Below, piece after piece: positions 40,641 through 49,329 of a stretch of 56,111 bases of DNA. The notes below the pieces were generated by a model, which was not told where the DNA came from, did no database searches, and worked only from the letters and a program-made list of their open reading frames with translations. Positions within the stretch are counted from its first letter, which is position 1; the number at the start of each line of letters is the position of its first letter. Source of the DNA: a virus (lineage: Duplodnaviria > Caudoviricetes); the IMG/VR virus record IMGVR_UViG_3300027712_000037, positions 1 to 56,111 of that record. One strand, 5' to 3'. Position numbers and translations under genes: made by a program.

Positions 40641-40972
40641 TTTTGCATGTTGGTAACAGCTTGATTTGCCATTTGTTTAACAATTTGTTTACCTTGTTCT
40701 TGGTCAGGAGCTTCAGGAGAATTAATATTTTTAAATATTATTTTATCTGATTGGATGTTACTAATTATTTTATTAAGTGGTGGTTTTTTAATCATTTTGT
40801 ATAGATCAGTTTTATCCAATACTATATCATATTTTTGAAGGTATTGCAATAGTTCTTCGGTAGTCATATCAGGATCAGTTTCACCATTTAATAAATCGGT
40901 GTGCAACTGATCCGAAACTGCAATTAATTTTACTAATAACGGGTCTGAACTATATATTTCAAAGAGGCGCAT
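40637..40972 (-). CDS. hypothetical protein
   Basis: 111-aa ORF in a late operon. Confidence 0.7.
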   Translation of the reverse strand: MRLFEIYSSDPLLVKLIAVSDQLHTDLLNGETDPDMTTEELLQYLQKYDIVLDKTDLYKMIKKPPLNKIISNIQSDKIIFKNINSPEAPDQEQGKQIVKQMANQAVTNMQK

Positions 40973-40974
40973 AT

Positions 40975-41685
40975 TTACCTCTTTGCTCGACCAACTCCAG
41001 CAACAGCTTTTGGCTCAGGAGCTTCAATTTCTTCCTCTTCAGCACCTAAATCGGCACCCAAATCAGCGCCCATTTCTGCACCTAAATCGGCACCAATATC
41101 TGCGCCCATTTCTGCATCATTAGCAGGTGGCTCATTAAATGCCATACCCGCATCTTGTCCAGTTAAACCACTAACTGCGGATTTCAATCCTGCCATTGAC
41201 TCTTTTAAAGTAGCACTTAATGCGTCTAACTGCTGAGTCACTTGTTCGTTGAAAGTTTGGCTTTCGTTAACTCCAATCTCGCTTTCGATACTTGTTACTA
41301 ATGCAGGTAATTCTTTGACTTGCATTTGCCCTACATCTTCTAGCATTTTTTGAACGGTATCTACTAAATCCTGTGCGGCTAAGTAAACTTGTGATTCTTC
41401 TATTTTTTCATTCTCTACTACAATTCTTGTAGAAGGCTTTGACATTAATTGGTTATGATGAGTAACCAAAGCTTGTTCCATAAACACCAATTTCATGTAA
41501 GATGGATTGGACTGGTCTTTGTAAAAATCAGGTGCTTGTTTAGCCTCATTAGCCAATGAGCGTACTTTCTTGAGCATTGCTTTAGTTTCTATCAATGACA
41601 TTTTGTTAAGGTTAAATGCCATTTTATAATTTTCTTTCAATGCTTGGGTAGCATTAACTTTATTGTTTAAGTCGTTTAATCTCAT
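40975..41685 (-). CDS. acidic helical protein, possible head/scaffold component
   Basis: Start moved to MRLNDL; GAD(L/I) repeats; GATAAATA at 41712-41719. Confidence 0.6.
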   Translation of the reverse strand: MRLNDLNNKVNATQALKENYKMAFNLNKMSLIETKAMLKKVRSLANEAKQAPDFYKDQSNPSYMKLVFMEQALVTHHNQLMSKPSTRIVVENEKIEESQVYLAAQDLVDTVQKMLEDVGQMQVKELPALVTSIESEIGVNESQTFNEQVTQQLDALSATLKESMAGLKSAVSGLTGQDAGMAFNEPPANDAEMGADIGADLGAEMGADLGADLGAEEEEIEAPEPKAVAGVGRAKR

Positions 41686-41730
41686 AGTTTTTGATTCCAA
41701 ACTTTATATAGTATTTATCTTGTTGGCTAT

Positions 41731-42207
41731 TTATTTTGTTCTTTCAGCAAATTGTTGTGTTTGCCAAATTTTAGAATCGTTAAGATATCTATCAAATTCT
41801 TTTAACATATGCTTTCGTTTTTCTTGTTCTTCTGTTAATTTAGCCAAATAAATTATTTTTGAATTCAAATCTTTAGTCTTTTTTATTAATTTTTTATGCA
41901 TTTCTATCGATACATCTATCCCGGTTATCATGCGGTCTAGATGAGCAATTCTATTAGCTGTTTGAATCTTATTTCTTTTATCAAAAATGCACCAAGTAAT
42001 AGCATGTTTTGTTGAAGAAAACAATAAAGAGTCATCGTTATTTTTACTATTAACTACACAATCTTGACCGTGATTAGATAAAGTATATATGTTAAATACC
42101 TGATAGGAGCCATCGTCATTTCTAAAAATAGAAATCCCGCCTGCTCTGTTTAAAATTTCTTTGGACAAGAAATTTGTTATTTTATCTAGTGCCTTTTTAT
42201 CATCCAT
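41731..42207 (-). CDS. hypothetical protein
   Basis: 158-aa ORF. Confidence 0.7.
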   Translation of the reverse strand: MDDKKALDKITNFLSKEILNRAGGISIFRNDDGSYQVFNIYTLSNHGQDCVVNSKNNDDSLLFSSTKHAITWCIFDKRNKIQTANRIAHLDRMITGIDVSIEMHKKLIKKTKDLNSKIIYLAKLTEEQEKRKHMLKEFDRYLNDSKIWQTQQFAERTK

Positions 42208-42655
42208 GCTGTATAGTAAAAAATATATTTCGTAGTTCAGGTGAAGTGTCTAAAAAAGATGGAAGTTTATTCCATTCAGTTCCGCATAATATCATAGGAA
42301 CACCGTCACAATCACTGTATAACGCTCCTAATTCAGTCACACCATCATCAAACACACTAGGATGTTGTACATCAAAGTCAAATGTCCAACATGGGTATAA
42401 TTCATCTTCAATCTGTTCAAATAAAAACCCAAAGTTCTCAAAATTGTCAAATCTAATTTCTATTAGAGAAGGCACATTAATTATTTCAGGTTGTGATCTT
42501 AACGATATAACTTGTAATACTGTATCAAAATTACATTGGGTATTTCTCTTTATTACCCACTCATTCAAATCTTGACCTTCATTGGGTTTGGTTCTATTTA
42601 ATACCCCAGTTTGTGTAATATCAAATAATGTGTAACAAGAAATTCTATAACTCAT
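42200..42655 (-). CDS. hypothetical protein
   Basis: Start moved to MSYRISCY, 5 nt after a perfect TATAAATA at 42661-42668; the longer ORF-track start crosses a terminator. Confidence 0.7.
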   Translation of the reverse strand: MSYRISCYTLFDITQTGVLNRTKPNEGQDLNEWVIKRNTQCNFDTVLQVISLRSQPEIINVPSLIEIRFDNFENFGFLFEQIEDELYPCWTFDFDVQHPSVFDDGVTELGALYSDCDGVPMILCGTEWNKLPSFLDTSPELRNIFFTIQHG

Positions 42656-42674
42656 ACACATATTTATAATGGTA

Positions 42675-42703
42675 AAAAACCCGAGAATAAATCTCGGGTT
42701 TTT
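42675..42703. terminator. intrinsic terminator
   Basis: AAAAACCCGAGA-ATAAA-TCTCGGGTTTTT. Confidence 0.88.
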
Positions 42704-42719
42704 ATATACTGAACTAAAA

Positions 42720-43130
42720 TTAGTTTGTAAATGTAGCTGTTGCACCGCCAGTTGTTGTATTAGCAACTGAAGCTGCTGTTAATGCTGCGTTAACCGCAGC
42801 AACAACATTAGCGCTAGCACCTAATGAATTGTCTACTGCCCATGCACCTGTTGGGTACACTGCGAAAGCCAATGAGTTTGTGCTTGCATCGTTGTACTCA
42901 TAGATATAAACAGTAGCTAGTTGCTGAACTGTTTGTATAATGAGGTTAACTTGAGTTGTACTGAATGTTGTGCCACTAGCTGCTGAAATTGTGAAATAGT
43001 CTAGCTTTGGGCCTTGTGGCTGAACTGATACGTTAGCTGTTACTGCATTAACTGCACCGACTGTATAAGCAGGTGAGTCATAGTTCATTACTGGTTGAAA
43101 GTCACCATGTGTACGGGTAAATTGTGCCAT
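42720..43130 (-). CDS. small virion protein (decoration-like), monocistronic late unit
   Basis: Own CATAAATA (43176-43183), leader hairpin TGAGAC/GTCTCA (43153-43169), AAGGA RBS and terminator; A/T/V-rich. Confidence 0.65.
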   Translation of the reverse strand: MAQFTRTHGDFQPVMNYDSPAYTVGAVNAVTANVSVQPQGPKLDYFTISAASGTTFSTTQVNLIIQTVQQLATVYIYEYNDASTNSLAFAVYPTGAWAVDNSLGASANVVAAVNAALTAASVANTTTGGATATFTN

Positions 43131-43209
43131 TTTAAAAATTCCTTATGTTTGTTGAGACCTACTGTCTCATACAATTATTTATGCCAAATTAAAAAAATAC
43201 CGATTTTGG

Positions 43210-44370
43210 TTACGCTCTTCCAGCTAAATTTTGTCTACTGAAACCCATTCTGTCTACAAACTTAAGCCCATTAGAAACGAACCCTTCTTGGGTTTGCGTA
43301 CCATCTTGAAGATATCCTTTTACAGGGCTAGCTTCAGCGGCGGTGTTTAATTGCTGAACTACATTCATCTTAAGATTGTATATATCTATCCATATAGTAA
43401 ATGCACCAATCAACCCTTCTTTATTAGCTTCTAAATGTTCATCTATCTTGGCTCGCATCTTATCAGTCATTGGTCTAGAAGAAACAAATTCTATAAATCC
43501 TTCTAGTAAATTATTTAAATCTCCCTGAACGATCCGTTTGTTTACATATACAGTAAACAATTGATTAAATGTATTTCTAGCTTGAGGAGCAGTATTCATT
43601 AACTGATGAACGGCCTGACCATATTGAGAAATATCCTGTTTAGCTTTGGCTAATAGTTTTTGGTCCATTTTTAAAGTAGGAGTAATAGGCATCTTACTAG
43701 GAATAATAGCAACATTACTGTTGTTTTTTAGTTGACCTATTGTGCCATCTAACGGCGCCGCAGCATCAGTGTTTGGTGCTTCAGGTTCTATATACTGATG
43801 CACTGCAATGCCAGCAGTTTTACCTGTCATTAATTTACCAGTTTCGCTGTCAACATCTACTGTATATGTTATGCCGTTAGGGTTAGCTTTAAATTTGTAT
43901 AAACCATTAACGTCTTTCAATGGTTGGCTAAACAACAAGTCACCCCAATAATACCCCTGAGTACCAGCACTTGCTTTTTCTAGCCCAGGCCATATCTCTG
44001 CCATTAAATTATGTAGGCCAGACCGGTCTACCTCACGGGCTAAATCATACTCTCTAAATTGCTTAGGACTATAAACTTGTCTGCCTGTGCCGTCTTTTTT
44101 ATTAAACATATGTTTGTCCATGATACTAAATCTACCTTTAGAATCACGACCAAATATGAGTGCAGGATAACCATCCCACTTAATAGAAACAGTTTTTGGA
44201 TTTGAAACTGTTTTTACAATAGCATCTACCGCTTTTTGAGCACCTGCAACATCTCCCAAAAATATCAAATCTTCAGGATGATCTAAATGACCTTTATCTT
44301 CAGTCAACGGCGGCAGAGATAAAGTCTCTAACTTACTTTTAAGTAAAGCCAAAGACTCAGAAAGATTCAT
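43210..44370 (-). CDS. DUF6267-like protein with ligase-superfamily motifs
   Basis: HLDHPED...SIKWDG.PA.IFG...WGDLLF...EGFV...KFVDR..FS..N; ATGA overlap at 44367-44370. Confidence 0.65.
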   Translation of the reverse strand: MNLSESLALLKSKLETLSLPPLTEDKGHLDHPEDLIFLGDVAGAQKAVDAIVKTVSNPKTVSIKWDGYPALIFGRDSKGRFSIMDKHMFNKKDGTGRQVYSPKQFREYDLAREVDRSGLHNLMAEIWPGLEKASAGTQGYYWGDLLFSQPLKDVNGLYKFKANPNGITYTVDVDSETGKLMTGKTAGIAVHQYIEPEAPNTDAAAPLDGTIGQLKNNSNVAIIPSKMPITPTLKMDQKLLAKAKQDISQYGQAVHQLMNTAPQARNTFNQLFTVYVNKRIVQGDLNNLLEGFIEFVSSRPMTDKMRAKIDEHLEANKEGLIGAFTIWIDIYNLKMNVVQQLNTAAEASPVKGYLQDGTQTQEGFVSNGLKFVDRMGFSRQNLAGRA

Positions 44371-45401
44371 TTTTGACCCCAATACTTTACCGGTTTCTTT
44401 TTATTTTCTGTTACTTTTGATGCCCATGAATCACTTGGGGCATTATTAGCCGGCGCCGCAGGAGCTGCTGCAGGACTACTAGCAGGTTGCTGAGTAGGTT
44501 GGGGTTGATTAGGTTCTTTAGGTGATGTATCTTGGGCATATGATACAGCATACAAATCATTTGCTAATTTTGTAAGTGCTGCTTTACCCTTGTCTTTACT
44601 ATAAGTATCTTCTACATTTTTAATTAAACTCTTAATATGATTAACTGAATTAGCATCACCAAAGCTAGTACCAGCCATATACTGTTTGACCCATTTTGTC
44701 AAAAATTGAGATATGGTTTCTACCCCTGTTGGTGTGGGTGCTGCTGTTGGTGTGGGTGCTGCTGTAGGTGTGGGTGCTGCTGTAGGTGTGGGTGCTGCTA
44801 TTGGATCAGCCTCACCTATAATGCTTTCAAAAATTGCATTTAATTTATCATAAGTTGAACTTTCGCTAAACCCTGCTCGGCGCATTTGTGCAATCTGTGC
44901 GGGTGTCCTTTTGTCTGCTGCAAAAGTTTTTTTGGTTGGTGGAGGCATATTAGCCACCCTTTTGTCTCTAGCTACATTGTTCTGCATAGACTTTATTTGC
45001 ATAGCATGTATTGGAGTATTACCAATGGTAGGTCTACTTGGAGGAGCTGTTGTAGGTGCGATAGAAGGTTTAGATGCTGCTGGTGCAGTAGGTGTAACAG
45101 GCTGTGCTTCCGGTGCAGCTGGCTGTGTAGCAGGCTGTGTAGCAGGCTGTGCTGCTGGTGTTACATTTGTTGTTATTCTACCACTAGTGATACCTGAATT
45201 TAATGTAGCACTTGCACGGCCTAAAAAGTTTTGAAGAAACTTTTCTTTAGCCATTTTATCTTGAATGGACATTGCACCTTCAGGTTTACCGGTTATTCTA
45301 TTTCCTAACTGCTTTGCAGCAGCCGCGCCGTAATCACCAATCCAATTACTTAAAGCCTCTTCTAACCTACGAACTTCATCATCAATACTACGGCGCTTCA
45401 T
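44367..45401 (-). CDS. Pro/Ala/Thr-rich hypothetical protein
   Basis: 344-aa ORF with QPA and APTPTA repeats. Confidence 0.7.
   Translation of the reverse strand: MKRRSIDDEVRRLEEALSNWIGDYGAAAAKQLGNRITGKPEGAMSIQDKMAKEKFLQNFLGRASATLNSGITSGRITTNVTPAAQPATQPATQPAAPEAQPVTPTAPAASKPSIAPTTAPPSRPTIGNTPIHAMQIKSMQNNVARDKRVANMPPPTKKTFAADKRTPAQIAQMRRAGFSESSTYDKLNAIFESIIGEADPIAAPTPTAAPTPTAAPTPTAAPTPTGVETISQFLTKWVKQYMAGTSFGDANSVNHIKSLIKNVEDTYSKDKGKAALTKLANDLYAVSYAQDTSPKEPNQPQPTQQPASSPAAAPAAPANNAPSDSWASKVTENKKKPVKYWGQK
44727..44798 (-). repeat. 18-bp tandem repeat x4 (APTPTA)
   Basis: ggtgtgggtgctgctgt(t/a) units. Confidence 0.9.
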
Positions 45402-45636
45402 GATTCTTCCTTATGCTTTTAGCAAATCTATTTTGATCTTTTCCCTTTATAGCACTTAAAAGTTTACGCTCCAATACTTCAGAGGTATTCTTATCATAAT
45501 GTTTATTAATCAATTCAATTAAATTAATTGCACTAGTGATAATATTATGAGCCCTATTTTCTATAACATGTGTCATATCACGGTTACTTCCAATAGATTC
45601 TAGTTCTTCCAAAAGGCTACGGGTTTTCTTTTGCAT
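45388..45636 (-). CDS. hypothetical late protein
   Basis: 82-aa ORF; CATAAATA at 45656-45663. Confidence 0.72.
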   Translation of the reverse strand: MQKKTRSLLEELESIGSNRDMTHVIENRAHNIITSAINLIELINKHYDKNTSEVLERKLLSAIKGKDQNRFAKSIRKNHEAP

Positions 45637-45664
45637 ATATAATATATCCTAATACTATTTATGC
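45633..45664 (-). promoter_or_regulatory. late promoter in a hairpin that pairs with the start codon
   Basis: GCATAAATAGTAT-taggat-ATATTATATATGC: 13-bp stem (1 mismatch, 1 GU), SD in the loop, ATG in the 3' arm. Confidence 0.6.
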
Positions 45665-45675
45665 CCATTTAATAA

Positions 45676-47079
45676 TTATTTCTTTAATCCGTTCAATATG
45701 CCCTTTAATCTAGATTCAGCAGTAGTTGCTATAACTCTTTTACTTTCAGGCTCTACTGTAGAATGTACAATGTCATTTACTGTAGATTGTGTTTTAATTT
45801 TATTAATAATATCGTTAGGAGTAGGAGCGGGTGGTCTATATGTATTAGCTTCAGGATCGGGGTCGGTAATTCGCAGTGTTTCTACATTAAACTCTAATTC
45901 GATTTTTTGACCTACGCCACTACTGCTTCTAGTTTTCATTAATTGCAATTGATATTGACCACGCTCACGCATACTGCGACTTGTAAAAATACCAAATACA
46001 TTATCTGCTGTATTAATTTTACTAATACCACCACTAATATGACTATGATCAAATTCAATTTCTTCAACCGCACTACGGTTCAATTGACTCGCCGTTACGA
46101 ACAATACATTTAATTCTTTTGCTAAGTTACGCAATTCTTCTGAGACATACTTGTCCTTAACAAACAAATCTGAAGGACTTACCTTTGCACTAACAGGCAT
46201 AAGCAAATCCAAATAATCTACACATAAAAAGTCTATTTTAACTCCTGTCTGTATTTGCAATTCTTTACAATATGCTCGCAAATCGTTAACTGTACTTTGT
46301 GCAGGCATATATTTGATGCGTAACTTGCCTGCCTTTTTGGCAAGCATTTTGATTTTCATTTCAACATTGTCAATATCTTTAAAGATATCTCGACTACTAG
46401 TATCAGTCATCATGCTATCTATACGCATACTACACAGACCTTCACTAAGTTCTAATGTAATATAAGCTCCATTCAACCCTGCTTGAGTCCAATTTACCGC
46501 AAGATTTTGCATGAATAAACTTTTACCAGAACCCGATCCCCCGGCGAAAATTTGCAATTCGCCCCTATTAAATCCTCCATAAAGTTTTTGATCCATGCTA
46601 GGCCAACCTGTACTATTCTGTCCATTATTACTTTTAAGCTGAGAAAGTCTAGCCCTAGGGTCAGCAAAATAATCTGTACCCATGTCTTTTTGTAAACTAA
46701 TTTGCACGGCATCTTTAATTAATTTTTCAACTGGACCAAAATCTCCCTTCTCTAACAAGTCAGCACTTTTAAGAATTGCTCTTTCTAGCTCTTGCCTTTT
46801 TGTGAATTTTTCAAATTCATCTAAAAACCAGTCATAATGCCCATCATCAAGTTCAGGAATAATATCTACAGATATTCCTGTAGATGCTTTGATTTGCGTA
46901 GGATCAGGCATTATATTATATTTTTTACTGTGCTCAACTAAAAAGTCTGCTACAGGTTTTAAATTGCGATCAAAATTACTAGAATTCATTATATTCATAA
47001 CTCTAGTATATAATTCTGCGTTAGTAACCATCATACGCAAAAACAATAATTGCATATCATTATTATATTCGTTGCTCAA
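45676..47079 (-). CDS. dnaB: replicative DnaB-like helicase (T4 gp41-like)
   Basis: GGSGSGKS Walker A, YITLELSE, CVDYLDL, SEELRNLA, TASQLNR, KTR. Confidence 0.93.
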   Translation of the reverse strand: MSNEYNNDMQLLFLRMMVTNAELYTRVMNIMNSSNFDRNLKPVADFLVEHSKKYNIMPDPTQIKASTGISVDIIPELDDGHYDWFLDEFEKFTKRQELERAILKSADLLEKGDFGPVEKLIKDAVQISLQKDMGTDYFADPRARLSQLKSNNGQNSTGWPSMDQKLYGGFNRGELQIFAGGSGSGKSLFMQNLAVNWTQAGLNGAYITLELSEGLCSMRIDSMMTDTSSRDIFKDIDNVEMKIKMLAKKAGKLRIKYMPAQSTVNDLRAYCKELQIQTGVKIDFLCVDYLDLLMPVSAKVSPSDLFVKDKYVSEELRNLAKELNVLFVTASQLNRSAVEEIEFDHSHISGGISKINTADNVFGIFTSRSMRERGQYQLQLMKTRSSSGVGQKIELEFNVETLRITDPDPEANTYRPPAPTPNDIINKIKTQSTVNDIVHSTVEPESKRVIATTAESRLKGILNGLKK

Positions 47080-48034
47080 GTTTTCTCCTTTGAATTTCTA
47101 TTTTGACTCTATTACTAGTAGCACATTGTAAAATACTTAACAATGTAGGTAGTTTACCATATTTTACTACTGCATCATTAACATCTTTTACATCAGAATC
47201 CCATTTTGGAATACTAACACTATATCCCAACTCTAAAGCCCTATTACAAGTTTCTAATCCAGTTTTATCACGATCCGGAACAAAAATAATTCGTCTGTTT
47301 AATTGGCTTAATAGTTCTACCTGATCATCATTGATTGTGTTATGTGTCAACGCACAACAATTCAAACTCAATGCATCAAAAATACCTTCTACCAATATAC
47401 AAACTTCATACTCAGGCTTTTGAAAATCAATACCAAATACATAACCCGACTGTTGTTGATTTATATATTTAGGTGTTTTATTATCTAAGAAACGACTAGT
47501 GTAACCTACTACTTTATTTTCATAAGTATAGGGAATGATTATTCTATTGCCTTGCCGCCCCTTTGCATTTGGAGTAATTATGAATGGATAATCACTAACA
47601 TTTATGCCCCTAGATCGTACATAATCAACATATACTTTGTGTGAGGGATTTTTAGTATCAAGTATTTCACCCTCAGGTAAAGTTTCTTCTTTAAATTTAA
47701 TTTTTTTCTTAGATTTTTTGATCTGTATAAAATCTAATATATCTTTTTTCTGTAGACTTTCTAAGCTCCAACGCTGTATTTGAGACTCATCTATACCACA
47801 CCATTGTAAGAAATTTTTTGTATTTTTTGTAATACTTTTTCCTAAAGTGAACCCGCACTTGAACCCACAATTAAAGCAATGCATACTCCAGTTTGGTCCA
47901 TCGATTCGTAGACCAGCACGACCTCTTTTATCTGCTTTGTGTCCACGGTGATGACAACACACAGCATTGAATCCATGCCAACCGCTTTGTGTTAGTTTTT
48001 TCTTACCCGGAACTATAGTTAGTATTTCAAACAT
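47063..48034 (-). CDS. DNA primase (Zn-binding domain plus Toprim)
   Basis: HCFNCG, RIIIP...GYTSR...PKY, LVEGIFDA, PDRDKTG, KDVND; adjacent to the helicase. Confidence 0.88.
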   Translation of the reverse strand: MFEILTIVPGKKKLTQSGWHGFNAVCCHHRGHKADKRGRAGLRIDGPNWSMHCFNCGFKCGFTLGKSITKNTKNFLQWCGIDESQIQRWSLESLQKKDILDFIQIKKSKKKIKFKEETLPEGEILDTKNPSHKVYVDYVRSRGINVSDYPFIITPNAKGRQGNRIIIPYTYENKVVGYTSRFLDNKTPKYINQQQSGYVFGIDFQKPEYEVCILVEGIFDALSLNCCALTHNTINDDQVELLSQLNRRIIFVPDRDKTGLETCNRALELGYSVSIPKWDSDVKDVNDAVVKYGKLPTLLSILQCATSNRVKIEIQRRKLEQRI

Positions 48035-48069
48035 ATTATGATTATAGCATAATATGCAGTAAAATACAA
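48032..48069 (-). promoter_or_regulatory. sigma70 promoter whose -10 sits in a hairpin loop, with ATG in the 3' arm
   Basis: TTGTAT-17 nt-TATAAT (TGn extended); CATATTATG-ctataat-CATAATATG. Confidence 0.75.
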
Positions 48070-48077
48070 TAACTAGG

Positions 48078-48857
48078 TTACCTTGCCAATATGTTAGTTA
48101 TTGCACCGGTATTGCTAACAAATTGCATACGGATATATGGATGAAATCCGCGAATGGTATAACCAAAAGTATCAGATACATTACTATAAGTTGAAGTAGT
48201 TATGGGGTACCAATCAGCATCTACAATAGTAGAACCTTCTATAGTAACATCTCCATTGAATTGATAGTAATGGGCCTGAATGGTAAGTATTGGATTAGAA
48301 TCGGTGTTGATTACGCTACTATAGTATGTATTAGCATTTGGTAATGCATTTTGTATGCTATTGTTAGAATCAATGTTTGGAAAAGGCTGTCCTGTAGGAA
48401 TAGTAATATTTGAACTTGGTACAAATGATGGCAAAACGCTATTAACGATATTCATATCACCACGAGCTCCTGCATTTTGATCAACAAACACAGGAAAATT
48501 AAATTCACCTACTGGTATTTCTAATGAATAGTGAGCCTGTTGTGCAGGAATATCTTCTACTTCTGCTGCATTTAATATTAATGCTGCAATACCAGTAGCC
48601 GGTAGTTGAAGTGTTAATGCCTTTCTAAGTAACACTTCAGTGCCATTATAATTAATAATTCTACAGGAAATTTCTTTACCTGTAATATCTACCGGCTTTT
48701 GCTCCTGATTTAAGAATTGAAATTGTATTTGATTATCAACTCCCTTATTTAAAGTTAATGGCTTAGAATATACAGGCATATATCTCCTCGGTGAAGTGCC
48801 GGTTAAAAGTACAACAATTTGACGCTGAGTATAAAGAAATACAGCAGTTGAGTACAC
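48078..48857 (-). CDS. hypothetical late (probably virion) protein
   Basis: 259-aa beta-rich ORF, GTG start, GGGAG RBS, CTAAATA at 48876-48882. Confidence 0.7.
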   Translation of the reverse strand: MYSTAVFLYTQRQIVVLLTGTSPRRYMPVYSKPLTLNKGVDNQIQFQFLNQEQKPVDITGKEISCRIINYNGTEVLLRKALTLQLPATGIAALILNAAEVEDIPAQQAHYSLEIPVGEFNFPVFVDQNAGARGDMNIVNSVLPSFVPSSNITIPTGQPFPNIDSNNSIQNALPNANTYYSSVINTDSNPILTIQAHYYQFNGDVTIEGSTIVDADWYPITTSTYSNVSDTFGYTIRGFHPYIRMQFVSNTGAITNILAR

Positions 48858-48948
48858 AATTTAGCTCCCTTTGTGTATTTAGTCCCAAAATATTAAATTA
48901 TTATATAATTGGTTGCCCGATTAAATAGAATGTATTGTAAAAATAATA

Positions 48949-49329
48949 ATGATTCAAAATGAATTTTTTAAAAAACTTAGCGAAACACATCCGTTTATAA
49001 CGGTATGTTCCTATGCCAATCAGGATTATGTAGGAATAATTCAGAATAAAGATGATAGCATTACTACTATATATGATTATGGATCAATAATAGATAGTAA
49101 TGTTAGAACTAGATTTTTAGAATTAGGGGATACATGGTGGTGGGAATCAAATAGATTGATTCCCATTAATTTATTCTTAAAAGAAGAATGGCTGCCTTTT
49201 AAACCTTATTTGAGGACCTTTACTAACAAAAGTTTAATAATATTGCACGGACCAGTATGCAGCATGAATGAATTACACAAGCGTAGAAGTAAGCGCAGAA
49301 GTATCACTCTTGTCAAAAGAATGCCTTGA
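48949..49329 (+). CDS. hypothetical protein
   Basis: 126-aa ORF with WWWESNR..PI motif; TTAAATA at 48921-48927; 57-nt convergent overlap with dnaE-C. Confidence 0.72.
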   Translation: MIQNEFFKKLSETHPFITVCSYANQDYVGIIQNKDDSITTIYDYGSIIDSNVRTRFLELGDTWWWESNRLIPINLFLKEEWLPFKPYLRTFTNKSLIILHGPVCSMNELHKRRSKRRSITLVKRMP

